Part shown: piece after piece, positions 43,300-55,952 of the stretch
Layout: every line of letters starts with the position of its first letter
Numbering within the stretch: position 1 is the stretch's first letter
Source: Octopus sinensis
Lineage: Eukaryota
Direction of reading: 5' to 3'
NCBI RefSeq assembly: GCF_006345805.1
Contig: NC_042997.1
Coordinates: forward strand, 150,474,001 to 150,538,000
Length of the DNA stretch: 64,000 bases
Notes under the pieces: generated by a model
Told to the model about the DNA's origin: nothing
Seen by the model: only the letters and a program-made list of their open reading frames with translations
The model's database searches: none
Made by a program: the position numbers and the translations under genes

Positions 43300-43302
43300 C
43301 AT

Positions 43303-43393
<91 letters not shown>

Positions 43394-44273
43394 ATTTGGA
43401 TGAATACATGACTATTTCTGAATAATATACAGAGTGGACCTTATGCGAATGTCTTAGAATATGCACCGTTATCGTCGGAACCAGACAGTAATAAAAGAAA
43501 GTAATAACACTAGCAAATTGTTTGTCAGTCTCCAATGATATCAGAATATTTTATATAGGCGTAATATGTATAATAAGTAGGAAATCTCAACTCTTTTACC
43601 TGATTGCAAGGTCGACGTCTTCTTCGATGTCACTATATATGATGTCTTGGAGAAGGATACCTTTTGTTGCTTCTGTTTCATCCGTTCATAGTCTAATGGT
43701 GATGGACACTTTTGGGATAGCACCTGAAAAATCCTCTTATTAACATTTGTAAGAAACTCGAAACAGATATATACACACAGTGTAATTACATTTGTTGCTT
43801 GAATAAGCAGATGTGGAATGATATCTTTAGAATAAGATATTAAATGGAAAACTTCAAGTCACCTGCGCATAACAAAGATATTTAAATGGATGGTAAATAG
43901 ACCGCTTATAAGTAAGAGAAATTTGGCGTAGTGGATACATACTCACACAAGGATATATATTAATTAAGAAATTAGAAAAGATCAGGAGTTATGTAGTCGA
44001 AACAAGTATTGAAGTTAAGGGCTGAATGCACCCTTCACAACTTATGGATTCCTCGAATTAAATAGCTCTGTGTACACAAGCACTCACCTTTGAATGCAAT
44101 GCAGCTTGAACTTACGCTAATATGAACTTACGCTAAGGGTAGTGTTTTCGTAACTCTTTTATCACTTATTAGTTGATATTATGTACTGTATTCACTAGTG
44201 CTTTGCTTCAAACTATAAGTGCATAGTGATTTAACGACTGGTGAATAGTACTGTTATGCGGAAAATAAATCAC

Positions 44274-44566
44274 ACACACAAACACGTCTGTAGTGAGTTT
44301 TATGTGTAACTATTTGTAAAGCCAATTTAAGATTAAATTGAAAATATTGTTCATTACTTTTAGTAGACTATAGATTTAATACTTTCATCAGTTTTTACAA
44401 AAATATTTAACAGCTTTGATGCTTCGGTTTGAGAGCATTTATCGAGGCTTTGCGACGGAGCTTCGATATCAATGTTAGATATATCTTTAAAAAGGTGAGA
44501 AGAATATATACATGGGTGTGTACATATGAATATGTATATATATACATGTATATATACATATATACA

Positions 44567-44603
<37 letters not shown>

Positions 44604-44604
44604 C

Positions 44605-44638
<34 letters not shown>

Positions 44639-45095
44639 CGCGTGTGTGTGTGTGTGTGCGTGTGTGTGTATGTATGTATATATATGTATATATAATAGAA
44701 ATATTATTATTTCTAAGTCTCTCTAAAGGAGACTATAGCAGCCGTACTGGTCATTAATATTTATCGCCAAATTAATATGGCAGTCCAGAAATATGGGACG
44801 AATGCTGCCGTTGATTTGCTCCAAGAAGCCATCACATCAAGCTAGCTATATGACACACGAACCTGTGTCCATTATAGCCTTGGAACAGGGAAGGTCAGCC
44901 GCTTCTTCTTGCTGGCCAGGCATCCGCAGACTAGTTTCAGGGTATTTACCTTTTATCAATGCTGGGCTCGGCAGTTCTGCACCGCCGTTAGCTTTGCGAT
45001 ATATACCTACCTACATACATACACATATGTATGTATGTATGTATGTATGTTGTATGTATGTATGTACGTATGTATGTATGTATAGATATATACAT

Positions 45096-45126
<31 letters not shown>

Positions 45127-45131
45127 TAATA

Positions 45132-45171
<40 letters not shown>

Positions 45172-45174
45172 CTA

Positions 45175-45206
<32 letters not shown>

Positions 45207-45522
45207 GATAGATAGATAGATAGATAGATATGTATATATGTATATATACATGTATATATATACATATTCATATGTACACACCCATGTATATATTCTTCTC
45301 ACCTTTTTAAAGATATATCTAACATTGATATCGAAGCTCCGTCGCAAAGCCTCGATAAATGCTCTCAAACCGAAGCATCAAAGCTGTTAAATATTTTTGT
45401 AAAAACTGATGAAAGTATTAATCTATAGTCTACTAAAGTAATGAACATATTTTCAATTTAATCTTAAATTGGCTTTACAAATAGTTATACATAAAACTCA
45501 CTACAGACGTGTTTTTGTGTGT
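44274..45522. repeat. Inverted duplication with ~330-bp arms (44274-~44600 and ~45200-45522)
   Basis: The same peptide [25 protein letters not shown] appears on both strands in the ORF track. The arms differ by a few single-base or homopolymer indels and one substitution, all in the outer ~100 bp. Confidence 0.95.
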
Positions 45523-45525
45523 ATA

Positions 45526-45574
<49 letters not shown>

Positions 45575-45630
45575 AATATTGGTGAATTGAAGAAATGGAG
45601 CTGAACGCAGATTGAACAGAAATCGTTTTA

Positions 45631-45720
45631 TTTCATTCTACACGTGTTTCGAAAGGCACAAATTACCAAAATCCGATTGAATAATGGGACCATATTGTGT
45701 CTTTCTCTTCAGGAAGAAAA
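45631..45720 (-). ncRNA. Type I hammerhead ribozyme motif, mirror copy
   Basis: Exact reverse complement of 45781-45870. Confidence 0.8.
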
Positions 45721-45780
45721 AAGGAAATCCGTTTTTTGCTCCGCCTCTGTTCTGTTTTTGTTTTTCCAACGGATTTCCTT

Positions 45781-45870
45781 TTTTCTTCCTGAAGAGAAAG
45801 ACACAATATGGTCCCATTATTCAATCGGATTTTGGTAATTTGTGCCTTTCGAAACACGTGTAGAATGAAA
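45781..45870 (+). ncRNA. Type I hammerhead ribozyme motif (PLE-type, palindromic stem III)
   Basis: Stem I UUUUCUUC (45781-88) / GAAUGAAA (45863-70). Core CUGAAGA at 45789-95. Stem II GAAAGACACAA / UUGUGCCUUUC with G10.1-C11.1 and one A-C mismatch. GAAA at 45851-54. Self-complementary ACACGUGU stem III. GUA cleavage triplet, predicted cut after 45862. Confidence 0.82.
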
Positions 45871-46109
45871 TAAAACGATTTCTGTTCAATCTGCGTTCAG
45901 CTCCATTTCTTCAATTCACCAATAATGTTTTAATTTCAATTATCCGCACCAACGCACGGTTGCAACGCCAGATGGTTGTACCTCCAACCGTGCTGTTTAC
46001 TGCTGTGATTTTTGCTACTAAGGTATCGGTTAAACTTTTGATTAATCTACTACAAGATTATTCATCTTTCTATTTCACATAATATATATATATATATATA
46101 TATATAAAC

Positions 46110-46770
46110 CTTGTACGACTCTATTATTTCTTTCTATCAGCCCTTTCACGCTTATTCGTTCATTCCACTCTTTGTTCTTTCGTTCCCCCACTCTCATATT
46201 TCCCTGCCTTCCCTTCTTTTTCACTTCCCTCCTCTTTTCACGTCACTGTGTCCCTGTCATCTTTTCTCACTCCCCCTTAATCCTTGTGTCCCTCTGCCTC
46301 TACTTCTCTCTCTTCTCTTCCCACGTGACCGGTGTTCTGCGAAGCCTGATGTTTCTTTCTTGGTTTGGCGGTCGTCCGTGCAACATCTACATTCCTCCCT
46401 GTGCCTGTAAAGTCTTGTATCTCTGCCATAAGGCTTTATTTCCACACACGCCAGTTTAATGTAATTTATCTTTAGTCGACAGACATCTTTTGTTTTGTCC
46501 TGTTATTTGTATTTGTGTAAATTCTCCATTTTTCCCGTCCTTGTTTTCGTATACATTCGCTGCTTTCTTCCAAGGAATGTAATGTTCTTAGCTTAGTTTT
46601 TCCTTGGGACTTGCCAGATTGGAGCAATCTCTAGTTTAACCAGCCGAAATTGCAAACATAGTATGTTACTTGCCTGAGGAAAGAAAACTCCGAATGACCC
46701 GTCCTTGTTTTCTTTGTATCGTCTATCTGGATGTTTTCTGTTCTTGTCTCATTTTGTATTATATCTATAT
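46110..46770 (+). repeat. Pyrimidine-rich dispersed repeat between two (TA)n tracts
   Basis: The 3' part (46636-46770) is homologous to 18985-19170. The strong C/T bias resembles the region after the PLE ORF at 58830-59030; a PLE origin is inferred. Confidence 0.55.
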
Positions 46771-46792
46771 ATTATATATATATAATATATAT

Positions 46793-46864
<72 letters not shown>

Positions 46865-47324
46865 ACACCTTGCACATAACCCTCACCCTACATACTCTGC
46901 ACATATATATGTGTATACCTCTCTCGCTCTTTCTTGATGTATATATATATACGCTCACGAACACATACATACATAACCACAAATCTTCAAATAATAACTG
47001 ATAACGAATTTTCGATATAAAGAAACAAAAGAAGAGCAGAATAAAGTAGCAATTTACTGAAACCAGAAAAGAATGCAAGACAAAAAAAAATAAATGACTG
47101 ACTTATAGTTTCTTTTTTAAAACAATGGGGAAAAAAGAACCTTGATATCTTTTTGATTTACAGTAGCCATAGCAACTGGTGCTACTTGGTAAAAGGATAA
47201 GAATAGAATAATAAATTAACTCGGAAAGACACATTAAAATATATCCAATCTACCATTGTTATAACAAATCACAGCTGCCTGAAGTAATATACAGCGGCGG
47301 ACAAGTTTAAGAGATAATTATTGA

Positions 47325-47500
47325 TTTCTACTTTTGGCGGAAAGCCAGAAATTTTGGAAGAGATGGGCGTACTCTATTTCAGTGTTCGCATTCTCAGCAT
47401 ACAACTGACACTTATGGAATCCGGAAGGAAGAAAGGGAAAGCATTCGAACAGGGTGAGATATAAACTTAGAACGGAAACGGACGTAACTAAATACTGTAT
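47325..47500 (-). mobile_element. SINE family C, highly decayed
   Basis: TCTACTTTTGGCGGAAAGCCAGAAATTTT...GAAGGAAGAAAGGGAAAG...ACTTAGAACG is collinear with 53548-53720. Confidence 0.55.
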
Positions 47501-48061
47501 TGTTTGTATCACTTCACTGCCCCGATGTTTCAGATATAATTATTTACTTGCAGCTTTGATATTTGGCCAAAGATTTGAAAGGAGCTATGCATTTATTGTT
47601 ATTATTTAGCCCCAGGTAAATCCAGACTGAAAACATATGATTGAATACTTTTCAAAGTTGACCACACCCTTTCTTCATTCTGTCGCATCATATTTGCGTC
47701 TACATAAAGCAATGAATCAGTTTTCAAAATTTTAGAGAACATTTGGAGGGAGAATTGTCTACTATTTCCTTCAAGTGAAGCGACCACATAAACCTTTCCT
47801 TGTTTGCAAAATGAATAGCGTAGTTAATGAATATTGTAATTCATACAGTTGAAGATATAGCAGGATTGGATCTATTTTGTGGATATCGAGGACAAACCTG
47901 ATATAAGTGGGATATGGAACTGGAAATGAAAGGTGAGTACTTCTTAAACACCGCAAGTCCCTAAATCGCTGTGAATGCTGTTGCTTCTGCTATAACGTCG
48001 GCCGTATGTTTGGGGGTTATTCATTTACTATGCATATAATAAAGACTATGATTGTACACAA

Positions 48062-48082
48062 GTAGTAGTAGTAGTAGTAGTA

Positions 48083-48139
<57 letters not shown>

Positions 48140-48155
48140 CAACAGTAGCAGTAGT
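48062..48155. repeat. (TAG)n trinucleotide microsatellite
   Basis: Directly visible. Confidence 0.95.
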
Positions 48156-48734
48156 CTAGATTGATGAGATACACTGATTTAGACATAGCCACCTTGTTTA
48201 TCAGCATTTATCAATCGATTTAACAAAGACATGTTATCAAAGTGTGTCTCTTAAAACTTCTTTCTGTTGTAAGCATTCTGCCCAACCCTCAATTCTGATC
48301 AAATCTTCTTTCATCTTACTAGTCATGGATGCATTAAAATGCACAGTGAGCTCTAATTTTCATTCTCTAAATCAGTTAAACTAACCTACATTGTGCGCTA
48401 TGCAAGAGAGCGCTTTTGATGTAAGTCACATGAAGTAATGTCTAAAACCAGTAATATTGTGTAAATTCTCACTTCAAGGTTTGGGATTAACTGGCGTTGA
48501 AAGCAGGGTTGGTGAGAAACAATTGTAACTGAACGTTTAAGATGTGTTTCTTTATCTTATTATTGGATTATACTTTTCTATTCTCTAACAAACACAACAG
48601 ATTTACTGTCGTGAAGCGTTGGTTTTCTACATCTGATTAATTACGGTATTAGTCTCGAATCCGACAATGTTGATATTCCAGAACATGGGTTGAGTGCTGC
48701 TCTCCTATTGTTATACCGCACCAGGATCTATCTG

Positions 48735-48766
<32 letters not shown>

Positions 48767-48767
48767 C

Positions 48768-48817
<50 letters not shown>

Positions 48818-48834
48818 CTATATCTATATCTATC

Positions 48835-48893
<59 letters not shown>

Positions 48894-49014
48894 TTATCTA
48901 TCTATCTATCTATTATATATATTATATATTATATATACATATATATACATAAATATATCTATATATATATATATATATAATATATATACATACATGCATG
49001 CATACATACAGTCG

Positions 49015-49200
49015 CCATGATTGATCGGTAAATCCAGACGTTTTTTATATTCTCTCCCTGTTTATTTCCTCATATTCTTTCTGTTGAACAGCGTAGGCTC
49101 GAAACGTAAAAGGCGTTCTCCTTTTCTCGAGCATCAAACCAATACACCTTGTTCATAAACCTCTCTTCGTCTTATATTTTTCTGTAAATTTCAACTACTA
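49015..49200 (+). repeat. Dispersed repeat carrying a minimal hammerhead-like motif
   Basis: TTCTTT-CTGTTGA-A-CAGC-GTAG-GCTC-GAAAC-GTA-AAAGG at 49075-49113. Homologous to 61820-61985, including the downstream AATACACC..GTT..TC.TC.TT.T.TT.CTGTAAATTT.AA block. Confidence 0.7.
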
Positions 49201-49344
49201 TATATATATGCATACATATATACATGCGTATATATATATATATATATGTATGTATATATGTATATATATGTATATATATATAAATATATATGTGTGTGTA
49301 TGTGTCTGTATATATGTATCTATATATATATGTTAGTCTATATA

Positions 49345-49522
49345 TTTGTCTGACAACCGTTGTCGATTTTGTATGTCCCCGTATCCGAGCGATTCGGCAA
49401 AACAACGAAAGGAAGTAAGTATCACACTGAAAAATACGTTCTGAGATAGATTTCTTCAACGAAGCCCTTCAAGGCTACGCCACAGCATGGCTGTAATCCG
49501 GTGACTGAAACATGTAAAAAAG
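49345..49522 (+). mobile_element. 3' fragment of SINE family A, decayed
   Basis: GACAACCG...GTCCCCGT...GATTCGGCAAAA...CAGCATGGC...GACTGAAACATGTAAAA. Confidence 0.65.
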
Positions 49523-50399
49523 GGAGAAAGAAAAGAAAGTGAAGATATTTAACTCAAGTAACGAGAAATAGAAATTTATCAACTGTAATATTATCAACGC
49601 AAGAATGAGGGAAAAAAGAGGAGGAGGATGTTCATGTTTATTAGTGTATGAGAATTAAGGACAGAAGAAGGGTGGGACATACGACGTTGTAATGAAATAT
49701 AAACCTGGTTAATAAAAGTGAATGGCAAGGAAAAAGCCTGGTTGTAATTATGGTAATAAAGCGTTCAGTTTCTGAAATTTCATAACTTACAAGCATTACG
49801 TTTCCTTAATTAATAATCTGCTTATTAAAACAGATATGTGAAATATGATAAACAATTTAGTTACTTCTGAAAGTAAACTTGAATTAGCTAAATCCTTATT
49901 TACGACTATAATTTAATTTAAATTGGCGCAAGCATCGGTGCTTGAAAATTAACTCGAAGTATATACCAAGTAGCTTTTGATAATAAGGATTAAGTCTCCT
50001 TTGCCATTGATAAATTATACTGAAACTTAAGAAAAATACATCTATCCTGCTGTGATATAAATATGCCTTAATTTTCTACAGATTCGCATCTGGTGGATAT
50101 TGAAATGGCGTCTCAACTAATAATTACGTCAAATATCTACTGAGATCTTTGATAAATAGACTAATTATACATACTTCTTCAATTTTATCATTTACTTAGC
50201 ATTTGGTTTTATAATTATATAACGCAGAGTAGCCATAAAAGAAACTATTTTGCCTATATGGACACCTCAATAACTTCAAGGAAATGAAGGGTGCATTTCA
50301 AGACTAAGACATACATACTGTCGTGTATGGCCACAGCAAAGATATACTTACTTAATTTCGTCTGTTCAGAGCTTATCTTTAGTTAATTCCGGGCCATAC

Positions 50400-51050
50400 A
50401 TTGTCAGTTCTATCATGTTATAATCTGAGAATATTGTAGATAATTCCCACATAGTTTGTAAAATAGAGGTTTAGAATATTTTTGTGCCTGGTTGGAGAGA
50501 GTATGATCTGCTCCATGAATAGCATTTTCGTAAGATCTAATAGAGATTCTTCTTGATTTCGCTCTCTGTGCGTCATTCATGGGGTTATATTTTCCTCAGG
50601 CCACCTGATGTTGGGCAAGTCGAAGTCGACCGTCAGGAATATAGTAATACGTTCATCCAATTGTGTTAGTACTTCCTTTATCGCATTGAGGTTTTCCTCA
50701 AATTTTCCACTATCATTTGAGGCATCAGACGGGCGATATATTGTGCATACCACTATAACAATTTGCTTCAGATGTACTATGAGTGAGTCATACGAAGGAG
50801 TTCGAGCTCGATAACAGGGTCAATTGTGTGACATCTTGGATGTACCTTACTCCACCGTGATTTCTTTTTCTTCTGTCTGTACGGATGGTAGCATATCATT
50901 GCAAGTGATGTGTATCTCCGCATCACTTATATCTGCAGATAGATGAGTTTCTGTAAGTGCAATGCATATAGTTTGAGTACACGCAGAAAGATTCTTCGAG
51001 TGATTAATTTTGCATTTGCTGTTGTTCTACAGCAGGCTTCGGTCACAATA
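50400..51050 (-). mobile_element. LINE (CR1/L2-like) APE-type endonuclease fossil
   Basis: Minus-strand fragments in the expected order: CIALTETHLSADISDAEI, RTDRRKRNHGGV, TIYRPSD, VDFDLPNIRWP, EQIILSPTRHKNILNLYFTN, SDYNMIE. Confidence 0.8.
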
Positions 51051-51469
51051 CATATATTAAGGGAATAAACTGAATTTTCCAACTCTTCAAAATATATTTA
51101 TACATATACACGCAACTATTGAAAATTTCAGACCTGTAGTTCAATAGAGTGCTAGGTGTCTTAGATGTGGACAGGATCTGCGCTCTTTCATGCAAAAAAG
51201 TTTACATTTATTCTATCCATTCACATAAGGTGTGGATTTCTCAATTATTTTCCATTTAATCACATGCGGTGTTTCGTTATCTTTCAAAATCCATATGTAG
51301 CTAGCCAACTTAGTACCTTTACTTTAGTCCCTATGTCCAAAGGAGGCTATGTGATTGCCGTGTGTGTATATTTGTAAGAAAAAGGTTGTAGTGTCTAAAC
51401 GACCAGTAAAACATACATTTTTCAGTTTCAAAACGGCTATTTGAAACTCATACCAGAGTCACTTCCTGT

Positions 51470-51777
51470 AAATCACCATGATCACCGTGACCGACCAGGC
51501 TATCAGATGTTGGTACACATCGCTGGTCACAATGCGCTTTGCATTGTTTTAACCTTCAAATGACGCCACCCGCTGGCTAAGCGAGCAGGCCAACAGAGTG
51601 GGAAAAAGTTGTGGCGAAAGAGTACGGCAGGAATCGCCACCACACCTGTCGGAGCTTCGTGGATCCTTAGGTGTTTTCGCTCAATAAACACTTACAATGC
51701 CCGGTCTGGGAATCGAAACCGCGATCCTACAACCGTGAGTCCGCTGCCCTAACCACTGGGCCATTGCGCCTCCACAC
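51470..51777 (-). mobile_element. tRNA-derived SINE family D
   Basis: Minus-strand head GGAGGCGCAATGGCCCAGTGGTTAGGGCAGCGGACT...GGTTTCGATTCCCAGACC (A/B boxes); 3' end ...GGTCGGTCACGGTGATCATGGTGAT. Confidence 0.85.
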
Positions 51778-51837
51778 TTCATGTAAATAATATTATTAAA
51801 ATAAAAATTATCCAAAAAACGCTATCTCTACTAATTT

Positions 51838-51933
<96 letters not shown>

Positions 51934-51956
51934 TTTGTGTGTGTATGTGGGTATAG

Positions 51957-52255
51957 TGAAGGCACGTGACTTAGTGGTGAGGGCATTCGACTCACGATCG
52001 TAAGGTCGTGAGTTCAATTCGCAGCGACGCGTTGTGTCCTTGCACGTTGCTCCACTTCACTCAGCTGACAAAAATGAGTTGTACCTGTATTTCAAAGTGC
52101 CAGCCTCGTCACACTCTTTGTCATGCTGAATCTCCTACGGAACTGCATTAAGGGTACACATGTCTGTGCAGTGCTCAACCACTTGCACGTTAATTTGACG
52201 AGAAAGCTGTTCCTTTGATTGTATCATCTGAGACTCGTCGTAACTGACAGAGTGC
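51957..52255 (+). mobile_element. tRNA-derived CORE-type SINE (same head and core as 7518-7860, different 3' part)
   Basis: GAAGGCACGTGACTTAGTGGTGAGGGCATTCGACTCACGATCGTAAGGTCGTGAGTTCAATT...CACGTTGCTCCACTTCACTCAGCTGACAAAAATGAG. Confidence 0.8.
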
Positions 52256-52324
52256 TCCGTCTTCATAAATATATATATATAGGTATAGATATATGTTTAT
52301 ATAATATCTTTCTAAGAGTTCCAA

Positions 52325-52795
52325 GGATTCTACTGCGATTTGTTTAACTCCAAGGGGACATCACTTCTTGCTGGTTAACGATGCACAACTACATCCGATA
52401 AAATTGCGAGCACGGGAGCGAACCCCTACTATCTCCTAGCGACGGGACCAGTAGACCTGTCCTTCTTTCGGGCTATTTCTGCGTTGTTCACTTAGATACA
52501 TTTTAGAATTAGTATGTTTGCTTGTTGCAAAATCAGCGACGGTGTGTTCGCGTGAATTATATATATTGAGTGAAGAAGGGAGCTGATATCATCTCTAGCG
52601 GACGTGGTGTCCAGTACAGCGGAGTGGCAGAAGTAGCCCGAAACTCAGGACTGGTCCATTTGTCCCGTCGCATGGAGATGGTTGGGGTTCGCTCCCCTGC
52701 TCGTAACTTTATCGGATGTAACTGTGCATCGTTAACCAGCTAGAGGAGATGTCCTCTTGAGGTTAAAAATTTGCAGTAGAGTCCACTCGAACGCA
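52325..52795. mobile_element. MITE-like element with ~160-bp imperfect terminal inverted repeats
   Basis: Arms ~52325-52482 and ~52627-52795. 52370-52429 GCTGGTTAACGATGCACAACTACATCCGATAAA... pairs with 52681-52740. No clear target-site duplication. Confidence 0.8.
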
Positions 52796-52960
52796 CAGCC
52801 ATGTTAAAGTGGCTACGAATATTACTTGTCAGAGCAATTACATACAGCGTTGATCTCTTACAGATATTTTAGTATATTTACTTCTACATACATACATGTA
52901 CATATGCATATATATATACATACATATATTATATATATATATATATATAATATATATATA

Positions 52961-53003
<43 letters not shown>

Positions 53004-53547
53004 TGAGAGAGTTGGTATATGAAAGCACGTGGTTGGATATATAAAAGACAAAAAAGAATGAAAAAAAACTACAGAAGGCCTGTGTTATTTAGTTAAAGAA
53101 TATATTTAAATCGTTATGTTAGAAAAATGCTATTAAATTTTACGTATAGTAACATAGATTTTGGGAGAAATAACCGGTTTTGTATTTTCTTTTCAAATTT
53201 CTCAAATTTACCTATATCGTGTCATGTCTTGGCTACGTTGTGAAATATGGAGTTCCAGGCATGGGAAGGTAATCAGGGATTTTTTCCCATTATAAGAGAG
53301 AGAATAAAAAATGTTGGGAATGATTAGGCTTGATTAATTTAAACATGATTTGGTTTAGAAGGAATAGAATGTTACAAGTGGTTAGGTTTTGCTTTAAATA
53401 TTTTTCAATGTGGGGTGGTTTCCTTATTTAATCTAACTTGTGTTGGTGTCCCAATGGCACATTGATAGAATGGAAAGATTAAAAATATATATAATTATAT
53501 ACATTAATATATATCGATATATACACATATAATGCTGTACGATACTG

Positions 53548-53720
53548 AATTCAGATTTTGGCACAAGACCTGCAATTTCGGGTGAGGGCTTAAGTCAATT
53601 ACGTCGATCCCATTATCTAAATGTTACATTTTATTGACCTCGGAATGATGAAAGGCAAAGATGACATTGGTAGCATTTGAAGCAAGATCCTAAAGTCGAA
53701 AGAAATGCTGTTAAACATAT
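53548..53720 (-). mobile_element. SINE family C, decayed
   Basis: TTTGGCACAAGACCTGCAATTTC...TAAGTCAATTACGTCGA...GATGAAAGGCAAAG...ATTTGAA. Confidence 0.7.
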
Positions 53721-55812
53721 CAATATATGCGATTTATGGAGAATAAATGAATTGCAATAGAAAAACTGTATGAACCACGAGGCAGTGGAGGAGTTCACAC
53801 AACGAAACACATATAGTCTTTTTTATCACTTTGTGGAAGAAACGTTTGTGTAATTTCAATGATAATCGACTGAAACGTTTAGGAAAACATACAGAATTAT
53901 GATGAAGCAATCAGTGGAATCTCCATTTCATAGCTGATAGAGAAATACCGTTCGAATAATATACATGATATCGATAAGTACTGCACTGAAGGAAATTGTT
54001 TTTATTTAGTTAAATCCAGTGATTTCGTAGGTGGCAAATTAATTAGTAGATCGATGTATATTCCCAAACACGCGCGCGCACACACACGTGCAGAAAAACG
54101 CACACATGCACACACGCACACGTGAAATATGTAATATATATATAATATTTATTTTATATATACATATAATCACATAAATACATACATAGAAACACATCCA
54201 TATATCTATAGATAGATAGAAATTTCCCGCACACACACACTTATCTAACAATAATAATAATAATAATAATAATCATAATGATAGTAATAATAAAACGTGT
54301 GCGACCGTGCATGCATGTGTGTATGTATGTATGTATGTGTGCGTGTGTGTGTGCATGAGTGTGTAAGTAATTACATTAAAACGATTGCTAAAATTGACTA
54401 CTATTCCGATGCTTTAACTTTTCTACCGAGAAACGTAATCCTTTTAAACAGACATGGAAATGCTTGCGCACGTGCACATACTAACAAAAATGTAAACACA
54501 AACACTCTTTCTAACACATACACACTAAACATATATTCACACTGTCACACACACATATACACACGTACAAACACACATACCCCCAAACCCACACATATGC
54601 ACACATGAATGTGTACAGGTAACGTTTATGCGTATATATGTTAGTTTTGCATGTGTTTGAGCATGTACCAGTGTTTTACGAGCGCTTACACAGGACTCAC
54701 ATGTACCATTAAATATAAGCCTTGTTCACAAAAGCAATAACACCCAGTACTAGACCACGTGCTGCTGATATCAACCTATAATTTCAATACAGAAATGCGA
54801 ATTGCTAAGCGATGGAGCGGAATTTAAAAGAGTCTTCTCTTTATTAATAATACATTATTGAAACAACAGACTAGACTGTGAAATATACAGTAGCAGCTTA
54901 GGAGCATGGTTGGGCTTAAGCATTAGGAACAGTGCCAACAAATATTGATTTTAATCTTCGGCACATGACGACACACTCGTGTTGGTAGAAAAGAAATGAG
55001 GTCATACGATGTTAATGTTTTTACCCAATGATGATTCGGTCGTAGGCAAATTGAAATGAAAAGCAGATAATTGTTTCGAATCATTAAACATATTTTACCT
55101 CTGTTGTCCATCGTTTCTAAACCACCAGTATTATAATGATAAATGACATTGTAAATTTTTTGCCCTTCAGACTTATATTGCAAATTATAATCTGCTGGGT
55201 GAAAGAAAATGCATTCAACTGGGAATCGAATTCAATTTATAGACATAGGATAGAAAAGTTTATTTCGTACACTAAACTGCAAACGAAAAACAAAAGAACA
55301 AAAAACATATTTATTTTCATATAGACATATGAAGAAGGCCGAATGTCAGATTCAGATTTTTATTGCTTTTCAATGAAATTAACCCTGGTTCAGAATAGAA
55401 ATCATTTTACTCTTCTTTCTCAAAATTTTCAATTATGGCTCACATAGGTCTTATATTTCTGATCTATTATTGCTATACCTTGCAAGAGAATATAGATATA
55501 TCACTCTGCGAAATCTCTCAAAGTTTATACAGGAAGATGATACTAGTTCGTATGTGGTAGTCTATGCATTGATCACCCTGGACTAAACATTTAATTTGCT
55601 ACAATCATTATCATTAGAAAAAAAATTAACATTTCTGAACAGACACCACCTGCTTTCATTTTGCTTATTGGAAATATTTCTTGTCTATTCATAATACATT
55701 GAAAACCAAGTCAAGAAACAAAACGAAACTACATTGATAGCATTTCCAAGTTTTTCTATATCAATAAATCCCAGAAGTATTTAATTCTTTTTATATAATT
55801 TAAATCTTGCAG

Positions 55813-55858
55813 ACATTGCTACAAATGATGAAATGATATCAGTTTTTAAAGCAGACAA
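55813..55858 (+). other. Candidate micro-exon, copy 1 (DIATNDEMISVFKAD)
   Basis: Acceptor TTTAAATCTTGCAG; paralogous to 56940-56984; donor GTCTAA is weak. Confidence 0.35.
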
Positions 55859-55895
55859 GTCTAATGTACCTATGTGCATATGTGTGTATGTGTGT

Positions 55896-55952
<57 letters not shown>

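Larger units (their letters stand above)
45577..45924. repeat. Perfect palindrome: 157-bp arms, 34-nt spacer
   Basis: 45577-45733 is the reverse complement of 45768-45924; no mismatch found on manual comparison. Confidence 0.97.

Noticed and set aside
46668-46705. Hammerhead-like CTGAGGA...CTCC-GAATGAC-CC-GTC (also at ~19030)
   Set aside because: GAAA is replaced by GAAUG, stem II is poor and no stem I forms. Kept only as a dispersed repeat.
47319-47453. Apparent exon ending in a GTGAG donor
   Set aside because: The sequence is a decayed family C SINE on the opposite strand.
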